This document shows, piece by piece, positions 30,618 to 40,683 of a stretch of 64,000 nucleotides of DNA (positions within the stretch are counted from its first letter, which is position 1; each line of letters begins with the position of its first letter). A model generated the notes under the pieces. The model was not told the origin of the DNA and searched no databases. It saw nothing but the letters and a program-made list of their open reading frames with translations. The DNA comes from a virus (Duplodnaviria; Caudoviricetes). The DNA is taken from positions 1 through 64,000 of the IMG/VR virus record IMGVR_UViG_3300020045_004441; one strand, given 5' to 3'. The translations under genes were made by a program, and so were the position numbers.

Positions 30618-32520
30618 ATCCTGTAACTAGGGTGAATTTTTTAAATTTATTTTCTTCGAGTAAAATATCTTCCAACTTGGATAGATTATTAATAGACATA
30701 GCTGCATCTTGTGTTGAAATACCAGACACTTCAATGTCATTACGACAAGCATCAATTGCCATCAGAATAGCACTTAACCCATCATTTAAAGCTGTTTTAA
30801 GCAAGGAAGCATCGGAACTTATTGCGTCATCAATATAACCCAATCCTCTGCATAGCGAGCAAACGTTCATATTTGCATCATCGCCAGTACCATTGCAGTC
30901 TGGACATAATATACAATTTTCAGGCAAATCATCATCGCTTGGCCCAGCCTCAGATGCAACTTCAATTTCTTCCTTGAGTTTATTATGCTTATCTAAGATG
31001 GCATCCATCTCATCTTCACATTGTTTACATGTGCATGTTGTTGGATGTTGAATTAAATCACCAGCTTTTTCTGTATAAACTACTGGTAATGTAATAATCT
31101 TAGTCTCAGTCTTTTCGTGAACTGGCTTATTTATGACAGCAAGAAACTCAACACTTATTAAACTACCACCAGCAAATCTATACTTCTTTGTACTAAATAA
31201 TGGTGTTACATTTCCAGTAAATAATGGAGCCTTGCATTGCATTGCTGCTGGATTTTTAAGCCATACTCTAGCGTTATCATATGTTGGTAGCTCATGATCT
31301 AATGTACATACTGGATATTCAGCATATTCACATATTTTCATTACGTTCATTTCAGTGTCATTGAAATGCCTAGCTTTACCAAGATTACGTCTACACTTAT
31401 CAAATGCATCTTTATCTTTAAGCATTATTCCACGATAGAAATAATATGGCTTTTCATCAGAAGCACATGCATATTCGCCTTTAACGCCACTCTCATCAAG
31501 ATTAATAATACCATTAGCATAAGTTGGAGTTACGCCATCAAACATAAAGTAATACCTCAATCTTGCGCAAATAATCTTTTTAGGATTAAAGTTTTTACAG
31601 ATCATGTCTTTCTTGATGCTTAATTTAAATGTCTCTTTAACTTGTGGATACGCTGATTCGTAATAAGCTGCAATTGCCTCTGCATTACCATAGCCATCAT
31701 CCCAATCGTCAGTTCTACCATAACCATAATGCTTAGTACTAGAATTATTGGCAGTATTTACATATGTTGTTGTTGGCCATATTTTATTCTGAGAACAATC
31801 TTTTCTATCGAACACTTGCTCGCTAATTATCTGACCACCAAAAATTGTATATAATTTATTTGGCTCAAAATCCACCACGTTATCAGCATCACCACCAATA
31901 AAATATAATCCATCACACTTTGATGAAATATACATTGAGGTTTCTGACTCTTGATAATAACACAATGGACGCTCTTCTTCAACTTTGACTCCATATGTTT
32001 TAGATAAACCTTTAAATACCTTTAAAGTATCAGGCTCTCTATCGTCCTTAATAATTATTGCAGCTGCACCATTGTATTCAAGCAATACTCCAAAACCATA
32101 ATTCATAATAATTTCAGCAAATACCATTGAGTCAGATTTTCCTTTCTTATCAATATTGTATTTCTTAGCAAGCTCTTCCCAATTATGGAGAGTGCCATTA
32201 TGAATCATTATGAATCTACCTGAACCATCTGGTAAATCAAGTACTACCGGCTGAGCTGTAGCTTCTGATATCTCACCAACACTAGCTTTTCTAGTGTGAC
32301 CCAAGGCGATGTGCGATGGGTCACTATTCTTCGTGTTGATAACATAATCTTGATATGTTGTTTTAGCTTTCTTTGATACAAATTTATCAATCGTCTCTCC
32401 AACAATTCTACCAATGGAATCACCTCCACGCTCATCGTTGTCTAATCCAAGATGATTAAATTTATCCCAATTGAAGTTGTGATTATTTCTTAAACTGTTG
32501 TAGGCCCAAAGTCCACACAT
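30604..32520 (-). CDS. Class II (Ntn) glutamine amidotransferase with long C-terminal extension
   Basis: N-terminal MCGL, RGGDSIG, LGHTRKAS, HNGTL, DS; C-terminal CxxCxGxG pair. Confidence 0.85.
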   Translation of the reverse strand: MCGLWAYNSLRNNHNFNWDKFNHLGLDNDERGGDSIGRIVGETIDKFVSKKAKTTYQDYVINTKNSDPSHIALGHTRKASVGEISEATAQPVVLDLPDGSGRFIMIHNGTLHNWEELAKKYNIDKKGKSDSMVFAEIIMNYGFGVLLEYNGAAAIIIKDDREPDTLKVFKGLSKTYGVKVEEERPLCYYQESETSMYISSKCDGLYFIGGDADNVVDFEPNKLYTIFGGQIISEQVFDRKDCSQNKIWPTTTYVNTANNSSTKHYGYGRTDDWDDGYGNAEAIAAYYESAYPQVKETFKLSIKKDMICKNFNPKKIICARLRYYFMFDGVTPTYANGIINLDESGVKGEYACASDEKPYYFYRGIMLKDKDAFDKCRRNLGKARHFNDTEMNVMKICEYAEYPVCTLDHELPTYDNARVWLKNPAAMQCKAPLFTGNVTPLFSTKKYRFAGGSLISVEFLAVINKPVHEKTETKIITLPVVYTEKAGDLIQHPTTCTCKQCEDEMDAILDKHNKLKEEIEVASEAGPSDDDLPENCILCPDCNGTGDDANMNVCSLCRGLGYIDDAISSDASLLKTALNDGLSAILMAIDACRNDIEVSGISTQDAAMSINNLSKLEDILLEENKFKKFTLVTGYDNF

Positions 32521-32548
32521 AAGTTGTTGATTATTAGTTAATTACTAT

Positions 32549-32911
32549 TTATTTTATTAATTTAAGTGCAGCTAACAGTCCAGCTTCTAATGCAAGCTCG
32601 TAAGATTCAAATTTACCCCAATTAGTTGACTCTTCGTGATATGGCAGTGAATAATGATATATTTTGGTTTGACCATTAAACATTCCAGATCTTATTGTTA
32701 TATTAATTTTATGAACTTCTCGGAGCCAACGTTGTAATAGACTTTGAGTTGGAGCTGAAATAAAATCTATACAATTTTGAGAGTTCCAATCATACATTAA
32801 TGAAGTTCTATCGGTCAGTATTTCTTGACGATACATTTGATAGACCTTCCAGTCAAAATCTTTATCCTTGGCTAGTCTCGCAGTTTGCAGTGACACTAAT
32901 TGCTCTTGCAT
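32549..32911 (-). CDS. Hypothetical protein
   Basis: 120 aa; VSLQTARLAKDK...APTQSLLQRWLRE resembles a common Bacteroidetes-phage family. Confidence 0.65.
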   Translation of the reverse strand: MQEQLVSLQTARLAKDKDFDWKVYQMYRQEILTDRTSLMYDWNSQNCIDFISAPTQSLLQRWLREVHKINITIRSGMFNGQTKIYHYSLPYHEESTNWGKFESYELALEAGLLAALKLIK

Positions 32912-33728
32912 CTTCTTTAATTAATTGTTCATTTAAATCAATACCAAGCACCATATATTGGTTCATAGTAAATTCAGCATTTTCAGTTACTGGAGCTTTA
33001 ACATAATCCAATAGTCTAAGATTTTCATAATTAGCACAATATTGCACAGCTTTGATAGTTTGTTCGTAAGTCCAAGCCAAATGTTCTTCAGCGGTAAAAT
33101 GTCCACCTAAAGCGCGACACTCAATTCCATAGGCTGGACAATCACGATATACGCCATAATTACCATAATATTTAGCCCTAAATTCATCATTGTGATGTTG
33201 TCTAGCTGGATACACTACGAAGTAATCAAATGCCTTAGCAATATAACGATTCATCTGACGCTTATCCAAAACCCCTGCAACCATATGATAACCAACATGA
33301 TGGTGATGACCAGCTACTCGAACTGGCATAAAACTCATATTCTCAGCAGAAAAACTACCTAACTCCCAAGCGTTTTTATACGCTGAGCAGCCAAACACAT
33401 TTGCCTCTGGATGCTCTAAAAATCTAGGTTTGAATCGCATTGAATCAGCTGAATGAAGTTGTAATCCTGCAATAGCAAGAACACTATTCATCATTGATTT
33501 AAGGGTCTTCATAGACGCTACAAACTCATCAACATTCTTGGCTGGTGGAATGTTCCCCTCAACTAAAACATTGTCTTTAAGGAGCGCAAAACCACCTCCT
33601 TGGTCTTCTGGAGACTCTTTGGTTCCGTTAAATATTCCAATTGATGGAAATGCATCACCTTTTTTATCTACAATGAAAAATTCTGGATCTGATCCAATTG
33701 TTATATTATCTAAATCAATTAAATTCAT
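32862..33728 (-). CDS. phiEco32-like COOH-NH2 ligase type 2
   Basis: IGSDPEFF, GTKESP, DNVLVEGNIPP, RVAGHHHHVG, YGIECRALG. Confidence 0.85.
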   Translation of the reverse strand: MNLIDLDNITIGSDPEFFIVDKKGDAFPSIGIFNGTKESPEDQGGGFALLKDNVLVEGNIPPAKNVDEFVASMKTLKSMMNSVLAIAGLQLHSADSMRFKPRFLEHPEANVFGCSAYKNAWELGSFSAENMSFMPVRVAGHHHHVGYHMVAGVLDKRQMNRYIAKAFDYFVVYPARQHHNDEFRAKYYGNYGVYRDCPAYGIECRALGGHFTAEEHLAWTYEQTIKAVQYCANYENLRLLDYVKAPVTENAEFTMNQYMVLGIDLNEQLIKEDARAISVTANCETSQG

Positions 33729-34015
33729 TATTGTTGTTTTTGTTTGTTGTAATATTTTATGAATTCAACTACTGTTCTCCAAAGAGAATTAATATTAACC
33801 TCAATCAATGCATCATTAAGTTTAAATTGATGATTAGATAAATTATTTTCAATTAAATCATATTTTTCAAAACATCTCTCAACTACTGGCATTAACCAAT
33901 CCCAAGATTTATTATATTTTAATGATTGTAAACACAATAAATCTTTATTACCTTTTGATACTTTCATGAAGTTATCAATCAATTTATTTCCTTTAATTAT
34001 CTCCGTTGAATTCAT
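33728..34015 (-). CDS. Hypothetical protein
   Basis: 95 aa; YNKSWDWLMPVVE. Confidence 0.65.
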   Translation of the reverse strand: MNSTEIIKGNKLIDNFMKVSKGNKDLLCLQSLKYNKSWDWLMPVVERCFEKYDLIENNLSNHQFKLNDALIEVNINSLWRTVVEFIKYYNKQKQQ

Positions 34016-34023
34016 GATTTAAT

Positions 34024-35109
34024 TTATACTACTTTAAAATGTGTTTTTAATAAATGTCTTTTACAATAATCATCATTCTTAACTATATAAAGATTATCAT
34101 ACATCGAGAATTCAGCTTGATATTTATTACCTTTAGTTAGCGTTTTAAGCCTATCTGTAATACATTCTACTTCAAATGGCTTTCCAGACACCTCTTTAAA
34201 TACATCAATTGCTGCCTTAAAATTTGAGACATTCATTAAAGTGAAATTACTTTTCTTTGCATTTGAGAATGATAGATTAATACTCTCGCCTTTTGGTAAT
34301 CTAGTTTTAACATCTTCCATACTAACATATCCTGTTTGGTATAATAATCCATAATATCCAGAATAATTGGTTTTAGATAAAGCATAGTATAATGCATCCC
34401 AGGGGTCAATTGTAGTGTCTGATTTAATAATTCTCAACGTATCTGCAACTAATCCATCAAAATGACAGCTCCATAAAAATCTGTAGAATGTTAAGATTGC
34501 TAATTTATGATTAGTACTCAATGCTTTAGAGCAATCAATGGTTACTATATATGCATTAAATTCAGGAATTGGCATAACCATTTTGGCATCTTCTTGCTCT
34601 TTGAGAATTCTTTCAACATAAAGATCTAAGCATTCTCCAGTTTCATAAACCTGATGATCAGAGGCATATCCATTCCAATTTGAGAACATTTTATTCCCAT
34701 TAAATTTATCAGTTCTATATACAGAGCAATGTGTTTGCAATCTACTAAAATTGCCATCTATTGAATTTATTACTCCAAATACATTTTTATTTGCATCATT
34801 CTGTCTGTACCTATAATTCTTTTTACAGGTAATTCTCAATCCTTTGAATTGTTCTAATCTTGGATCGTATGACGAATTATTGCTACTTAAATCAATATTT
34901 ACTTTCTCTAATGCAGCTGGAAATAATGTTTCATTACCAATTTTATTCCACAATGTAACATCATCATCTGAAATCCCTGTATTCAACCATGTGAATGGAA
35001 TGTAAATATCAATTGGAATAGTTTTATTACGAATATCCATCATACATTGTGTTTGCTGAATGCCGTAACCTTGATGATAATCGTATTTAGTGTTATTATG
35101 ATCTGCCAT
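34024..35109 (-). CDS. Hypothetical protein inside the ligase cluster
   Basis: 361-aa ORF between the COOH-NH2 ligase and ATP-grasp genes. Confidence 0.7.
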   Translation of the reverse strand: MADHNNTKYDYHQGYGIQQTQCMMDIRNKTIPIDIYIPFTWLNTGISDDDVTLWNKIGNETLFPAALEKVNIDLSSNNSSYDPRLEQFKGLRITCKKNYRYRQNDANKNVFGVINSIDGNFSRLQTHCSVYRTDKFNGNKMFSNWNGYASDHQVYETGECLDLYVERILKEQEDAKMVMPIPEFNAYIVTIDCSKALSTNHKLAILTFYRFLWSCHFDGLVADTLRIIKSDTTIDPWDALYYALSKTNYSGYYGLLYQTGYVSMEDVKTRLPKGESINLSFSNAKKSNFTLMNVSNFKAAIDVFKEVSGKPFEVECITDRLKTLTKGNKYQAEFSMYDNLYIVKNDDYCKRHLLKTHFKVV

Positions 35110-35923
35110 AATTTGCTATTTTGTCATTAATAATCTTGGGTAATTCCTCTCTATATTTAACTTCAGTTACACTTCCGAGCGATGCGGCGCTGTTAATTTC
35201 AAGAATTATAAATTCTGGTACAAAATCTTCACGGCGTCCTTTCTCGGACTGCACCTTAACGTCACAAGCACCCAAGTCTAACCCAACTGCATTTAATGCC
35301 TTTACGCACTCAGATACAATATCATCCCAATTCTTAGGCTTTTCAAATAGAGGATTTTCTTCCATCATCCAAACTGAATTAGAATCATGACGATGCCAAC
35401 GATCTTCAGCATCTTGTTTTAACATTTTACGACAAGTATAGAAACAACCATCTTTAGTTACATGCAAGCGATACTCTTTAGTCATGCTTGAAGCGAAAAC
35501 TTCCACGATATAATTAGAATGATCTCTATGTTCGGATATAAAATTATCCAAATCAGACTGAGATAATATTAGATAAATTCCTTCACCTTTGCATGAGTTT
35601 TTATGCTTAATGATTGCTGGGAATGTTGTCCAATCAGCACCATCAACATCAGTTATATCTTCAAGTTTGCTCCATTGTGCTGTTTTAACTCCAATCTCAT
35701 CAAACTTTTGCTTCATAATAATTTTATTACCACTGTTATGACAAGCTTCAACTGTATTTACTTCAATAACTGGTCGTCCCTGTGGCATCCTAGGAAATGC
35801 CTCTGTAACAGTAGTTCTACTACCTAGACGTATAATACAACGCATAGCAAACTCCCCTAGAGAATTTCTAAGAGGAGCTGCTGTATGATTCTTGGTTCTA
35901 ATTTGTGGCTTCCAGGTCTTCAT
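35096..35923 (-). CDS. ATP-grasp peptide ligase (RimK-like / phiEco32-type)
   Basis: PAIIKHKNSCKGEGI, EYRLHV, GLDLGACDV, ILEINSA. Confidence 0.85.
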   Translation of the reverse strand: MKTWKPQIRTKNHTAAPLRNSLGEFAMRCIIRLGSRTTVTEAFPRMPQGRPVIEVNTVEACHNSGNKIIMKQKFDEIGVKTAQWSKLEDITDVDGADWTTFPAIIKHKNSCKGEGIYLILSQSDLDNFISEHRDHSNYIVEVFASSMTKEYRLHVTKDGCFYTCRKMLKQDAEDRWHRHDSNSVWMMEENPLFEKPKNWDDIVSECVKALNAVGLDLGACDVKVQSEKGRREDFVPEFIILEINSAASLGSVTEVKYREELPKIINDKIANYGRS

Positions 35924-36152
35924 CTCTAAATATTAAATTAGCACAATAAATTACAAAAATTACAAATAGTATGACTGCAAATTCAATCAAATAAACAATC
36001 CCCATATTTACCATAAACGAGTGGTGATTATCCGTTAAGAATCCCACTATACCAGTAAAAACTGGCAATATAGACAAAAGAAGAGCAGACCCTACTATTT
36101 GTCTAGTCTTGATATGCATATCTTCTTTTGTAAAATTCATTCCAATCACCAC
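35898..36152 (-). CDS. Small two-TM membrane protein
   Basis: Two hydrophobic stretches. Confidence 0.55.
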   Translation of the reverse strand: MVIGMNFTKEDMHIKTRQIVGSALLLSILPVFTGIVGFLTDNHHSFMVNMGIVYLIEFAVILFVIFVIYCANLIFRDEDLEATN

Positions 36153-36492
36153 TCTCTACCGAATCGTACCCAGATTGATATCTAGGACTTTCTAAAACAT
36201 AAACTTCAACTTCTCCGAGAGATGTTGGCACTAATGCTTTTTGGTAAAAACTTGGCCAGCCCTCCAGGCACTCAACGCTACGATATGTATAATCATTAAC
36301 TTCCCATATTTCTACGGTAATGTCATGATTTTCTGGTGATGGTATTAATCCGGGGAAGCCGCCCAGCGACACCATGCGATATGGAATATTAATTACCTCT
36401 GTTGATTTAAGCTCGCTATCTCGTAGTAACCTATTGTTGCCGTGACCTTTACGCAAAGACCCGTATGTTACGATTAATCTTTTATTGCTCAT
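36103..36492 (-). CDS. Gamma-glutamylcyclotransferase (AIG2-like)
   Basis: VTYGSLRKGHGN, GGFPGL, VEIWEV, LEGWP. Confidence 0.88.
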   Translation of the reverse strand: MSNKRLIVTYGSLRKGHGNNRLLRDSELKSTEVINIPYRMVSLGGFPGLIPSPENHDITVEIWEVNDYTYRSVECLEGWPSFYQKALVPTSLGEVEVYVLESPRYQSGYDSVESGDWNEFYKRRYAYQD

Positions 36493-36931
36493 TTGTTTTG
36501 TTTTTATAAATTTCTAACAATGAATTCCATGAATATCCATCAATAAGACTTGTCTTTCCGGTATCATTCCATCTATTATTTTGGCTATTTTCAATGGTAT
36601 ATTCCCAATATGTTGGATGTACTTCACTACTGTAAAATACAAGCTTATGTTTATTTTGACAAAATAAACATCTAACTACATGATCGTTGTCAAGAAGCTT
36701 AATTAAATCTATCAACATTACAATTAAGTCGTCTTCTTTTGTTTCAGTCTTAAATGCACCATCTAGTAACATTTTAAGGTCGCCAATGGATCTAGATTTT
36801 CTGGGTCTACATTGCATGTCTGTGCATTCAGGATCGTTGAATGTTGCTGGAGTACATTTAACAAAATAATCTAATAGAAAATTCTTTTTAGATTGTCTAT
36901 TTAATTGTTGGGCACAATATATTTTATTCAT
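36482..36931 (-). CDS. Hypothetical protein (paralog of 44701-45129)
   Basis: ATF...QC...RSIGDL...C. Confidence 0.65.
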   Translation of the reverse strand: MNKIYCAQQLNRQSKKNFLLDYFVKCTPATFNDPECTDMQCRPRKSRSIGDLKMLLDGAFKTETKEDDLIVMLIDLIKLLDNDHVVRCLFCQNKHKLVFYSSEVHPTYWEYTIENSQNNRWNDTGKTSLIDGYSWNSLLEIYKNKTNEQ

Positions 36932-37643
36932 CTTGTAATACTGATTTTTTAGTTCGCATAATTCTATTAACCATATTTTCCATCAAAACAATTGTGTCAT
37001 AATCAACGCAATCTTCAATGTGACTTTGTATTCCTATGATTGGCAGTGTGTTGTGAGCAATTAACTCAATTGTATTATCTTTCTCATGTGTTGCTAGTAC
37101 CGATAACCCCTCACCTAAAAATCTAGGATCAATTGCTTGATGATGCCTACTGTTAACACCATAAACTCTCTGAGGCTGCCTATTTTGCATTACTGGTGCA
37201 AATTCTGAGAAATTCCAGAAGTCAATAGCATTAATTTTAATGTTGTGCATTGTCTTATATGGATCTTCAGGTTTATTGGTCTCATGAGACATATGCTGAA
37301 TTAACTTACTTCCAAAGTGAACTGCTATTGATTGTAATCCGCGGCAGATACATAGGATTGGAGTTTCAGTCTCTACATATGCTGGCAATATATTTAAGTC
37401 AAAATATTCTTTATGAATATCTGGCTTGCCTGTAAAATATGATGGAACTTCGTTATAGCGGTCTACTGAGACGTCGGCGCCTCCAGTTAATAATAGCAAA
37501 TCTAAATCTGGTTTAAACGAGCTATCTGGAAGCAATAATATTGGTTCTCCAAATTGTGATGCATATTCTAAGTAACTTAGAGTTAATCCAACTGAATTTT
37601 CTCCAAGCTTACTGATTGGAATTCCTATTTTTTTTCGTGTCAT
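36924..37643 (-). CDS. Peptidase C26 / gamma-glutamyl-gamma-aminobutyrate hydrolase-like class I GATase
   Basis: LLTGGADV, ICRGLQ, VNSRHHQAI, IQSHIE (Cys-His-Glu triad). Confidence 0.88.
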   Translation of the reverse strand: MTRKKIGIPISKLGENSVGLTLSYLEYASQFGEPILLLPDSSFKPDLDLLLLTGGADVSVDRYNEVPSYFTGKPDIHKEYFDLNILPAYVETETPILCICRGLQSIAVHFGSKLIQHMSHETNKPEDPYKTMHNIKINAIDFWNFSEFAPVMQNRQPQRVYGVNSRHHQAIDPRFLGEGLSVLATHEKDNTIELIAHNTLPIIGIQSHIEDCVDYDTIVLMENMVNRIMRTKKSVLQDE

Positions 37644-37906
37644 ATTTTGTTTGTTTTCGATATTTTAGCTTCCAAGCACTTTCTGTATGCACTACAGCCC
37701 TCCATGTCTTGTGGATGGAATCCGCTTATTTTTATTTTGTATTTATTTCTGCTTGTGGAATACAATAAAGTACATCGACACGTTTTAGGCTGCGATTCAC
37801 TTTTAAATTCTCTACCGCTTTGAATATATACCTGATGCGTGTCATAGGTAGATGTTTCAGACTTAATTACAACCCAATCGTTTGGTTTAAATAAATTAAA
37901 TATCAT
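37640..37906 (-). CDS. Hypothetical protein
   Basis: 88-aa ORF. Confidence 0.55.
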   Translation of the reverse strand: MIFNLFKPNDWVVIKSETSTYDTHQVYIQSGREFKSESQPKTCRCTLLYSTSRNKYKIKISGFHPQDMEGCSAYRKCLEAKISKTNKI

Positions 37907-38109
37907 TTTGTCGTTGTTTTAAATGTCATTTTCATTATTGTTTCATTAAGAAACTTTCTAAATTCTCTAAGCTCCTCTAAATTTAAATACTCATAGTTAT
38001 TATCCCAAATACCAACCTGTACAAAATCCTTAATTGGACTACCTGGTGGCTCTATAAGTCTAGTCATAAAGAAGCTCCTGATCTTTATTGAATGTGGATT
38101 TTTAGTCAT
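37903..38109 (-). CDS. Hypothetical protein
   Basis: 68-aa ORF. Confidence 0.55.
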   Translation of the reverse strand: MTKNPHSIKIRSFFMTRLIEPPGSPIKDFVQVGIWDNNYEYLNLEELREFRKFLNETIMKMTFKTTTK

Positions 38110-38403
38110 AGTTTATTAGTTCTCCAATCATAATTCTTTGGATAATTCTCGTATCCTTTAGTAGATTGCAATATTTTACATGAAGATAATAGAATTACCA
38201 CAAGCAATGCTGCTGCATATAATATTTTAGGTTTCATCTCTTGACCAATTTATAATAATAACCATTCTTGCCTGAATAATTACAAACATCGTAATCTGTT
38301 GCAGTAGCAAACATTAAAAATCCAACATCCATATTGCGTTTGTGGCAAATAATATCACCTTCTTGAAACTTTCTACAAAGCTTTAATTCGTATTGTTGTA
38401 TTT

Positions 38404-38742
38404 TCATTGTATTAGTTTTTGTAATTCAAAAATAAAGTTATTATTTCCAGAATACTGAATAGCCAATACCCTAATTGGCACTTCAATCTCAATGTAACTT
38501 CCGCCCATTTGTTTATCTATTGCATTCCATGGATATACAGGAGATCCTTCAATCCAAGGATACCATTTTTTTTCATAGACGCAAGGTTTTTCTCTTAATA
38601 ATGCAGAATAAACCTTCGAACCTCTATTAACCTCAATAAAAAACGAAGCATCATTAGATCGCTTGATATTTAAATCAATATCTTCAGGAGTAATTGTAAC
38701 TTCTTTTTTATTAGAGATGGCAATATTTGTAGTGTTAAACAT
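38404..38742 (-). CDS. Hypothetical protein
   Basis: 112-aa ORF. Confidence 0.6.
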   Translation of the reverse strand: MFNTTNIAISNKKEVTITPEDIDLNIKRSNDASFFIEVNRGSKVYSALLREKPCVYEKKWYPWIEGSPVYPWNAIDKQMGGSYIEIEVPIRVLAIQYSGNNNFIFELQKLIQ

Positions 38743-38808
38743 TTATTAGTTTTTGTAGTTGATAATTAAACTCTCTTAATCCATGTGCCTTGACGCAATA
38801 TACTATAA

Positions 38809-39408
38809 TTAGTTGGAATACCTCCATACGAATCCTCCAGATGTTTTATATCTTTTTGAGCAGCAATTAGAGATGTTTCCATTGCGAATTCCGGTAACCC
38901 TTTCGGCATCTTTTAAAGAATAAAATTCTCTAATGAGATTTCCATCCAAATCATATTGTTTTATTGATTTACTCATTTTATTGTTTATTCCATTCTTTGC
39001 ATCAGAATGAGCTTTATGGATGTTTTCTATAGTTGATAATATTTGAATATTATCCAAAGAGTATGTTTTATAATCATTAAGTCTATCAACAGACGGAGTG
39101 AATTTGAATCCATAATTAGACTCTTCCCATATTTTAAATTGAACGTGATATTTATCTTGAGATAAACACCAGCTCCGCAATTCATCTAGCGAATATTCTG
39201 GATATTCATAATTTCTTTTTCTACAATTATCTCTCTGATGTGAATAGATTCTAGTTACGAGTCCTTCTTTAGTTCTATTATATTGAGTTGTTTTTTCATT
39301 TGCGCACTTTCTGCATATATAAGACACATACCCACGACTATCTATATAAAAATCAATCAACTCTTTATCTTCCTTGCAACAATTACATTTCTTTGTTTTA
39401 ATTTCCAT
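38809..39408 (-). CDS. HNH-like homing endonuclease with C-terminal NUMOD1
   Basis: KKCNCC...CRKC, PSVDRLNDYKTYSLDNIQ, QYDLDGNLIREFYSLKDAER. Confidence 0.8.
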   Translation of the reverse strand: MEIKTKKCNCCKEDKELIDFYIDSRGYVSYICRKCANEKTTQYNRTKEGLVTRIYSHQRDNCRKRNYEYPEYSLDELRSWCLSQDKYHVQFKIWEESNYGFKFTPSVDRLNDYKTYSLDNIQILSTIENIHKAHSDAKNGINNKMSKSIKQYDLDGNLIREFYSLKDAERVTGIRNGNISNCCSKRYKTSGGFVWRYSN

Positions 39409-40450
39409 TTTCTAGTTTATATTTTAACAATCCATTAAATTCTCTCAATCCATATTTAGCCACTAATTCCGCAGGATCTTTAGCCCTATAAATATATGGA
39501 TTGTAAAGATACTCAATGTTATACATACTAGAAAATTTTTTAGCATTTATTATTCCACTATTGTAATCTTTTTCATAATCATTGTCAAACCAAATTACAA
39601 TTCGATTCCATCTTGGCCTTAATTTTTTATAGAAAATTTCTGGCAAAATGAACGATCCCTCATTGTTCGGGGCGATCGCATTGCAATAATGTCCATTAAG
39701 TCTCCAGAAAATTCCCGCATCTTTCTTACTACTTGTAATATATAGCGTATCTCCACCGCCTTTGGGTAATAAATCCCAATTCTGAATAACAGTATTATCT
39801 ACATTAGAAATCCATTTGTGCTTACCATCGCGTTCTGGGAAATATAGTTTTCTCCTATAAATACCATTATGCCTATAATAATCATAACTATAAGCCAATT
39901 CATGTGGCACTGCATATGGCATCTTAATCATACCCTTGTGCTCCATTGTTAGCCAGAAGTAGTCTATTGGCCTAATAGAAGCCATCTGAAGCATTTCTTC
40001 AGTCCAGCCATATTGTTGCCAGTATTCTAAGTCGTAATCCTTATATGGAGCGTATGACACATTTATGACAGTTGTAGATTTCTCCTTAAAATGCGGTGTT
40101 GGATTAATCTTAGATATAATAGTTCTTACATATCTGAAATCTCTATCAGAATTATCTATTAATTGTAATCCAAAATCTAGATTAATCTTTCTAATAGCAT
40201 CCCTAAAATCTAAATTAAACTTACGCATCACATATTCAATAGCCCTGTAAGATCCCTCTCCAAAATCTGTGTACAAAAGGTCTCCGCCAATATGTTCTAT
40301 CATACACGATGGAGACTTTTCATCTCTAAACTCTGATTTAAAAGGCTGTGATATTTTCTTAAAATTCCTACAGTAAGCTTGAAATATTTGATATGTTGAA
40401 ATCACATCTAATAAATTGCTCTTAGTAAGAATATTTCTAGTTGTGATCAT
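39398..40450 (-). CDS. DNA primase (crAss-type DnaG/TOPRIM)
   Basis: FRDEKSPS, YTDFG, ITSSKKD, WFDND, KDPAE. Confidence 0.88.
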   Translation of the reverse strand: MITTRNILTKSNLLDVISTYQIFQAYCRNFKKISQPFKSEFRDEKSPSCMIEHIGGDLLYTDFGEGSYRAIEYVMRKFNLDFRDAIRKINLDFGLQLIDNSDRDFRYVRTIISKINPTPHFKEKSTTVINVSYAPYKDYDLEYWQQYGWTEEMLQMASIRPIDYFWLTMEHKGMIKMPYAVPHELAYSYDYYRHNGIYRRKLYFPERDGKHKWISNVDNTVIQNWDLLPKGGGDTLYITSSKKDAGIFWRLNGHYCNAIAPNNEGSFILPEIFYKKLRPRWNRIVIWFDNDYEKDYNSGIINAKKFSSMYNIEYLYNPYIYRAKDPAELVAKYGLREFNGLLKYKLENGN

Positions 40451-40616
40451 TTTGTTTATTTAATTTCTGTCTAACACTTCCAATTGATAAATTTCCTTAA
40501 TGTGTTTATACATTAATTCTGGTACATTATATTCAGATAATAAATCCATTCTCTTTTCGTCTGATAATGAATTCCACCAGTCTTCAACTATTTGTCTTGC
40601 ATTCATAACTTAATTT

Positions 40617-40648
40617 TTAAAAGAAAGGGCCATCATTTCTGACAGCCC
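40617..40648 (-). terminator. Intrinsic terminator after ssb
   Basis: GGGCTGTCA-GAAA-TGATGGCCC followed by TTTCTTTT. Confidence 0.8.
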
Positions 40649-40683
40649 AATCATACAACTATTTATAAAACAACAATTTTATC

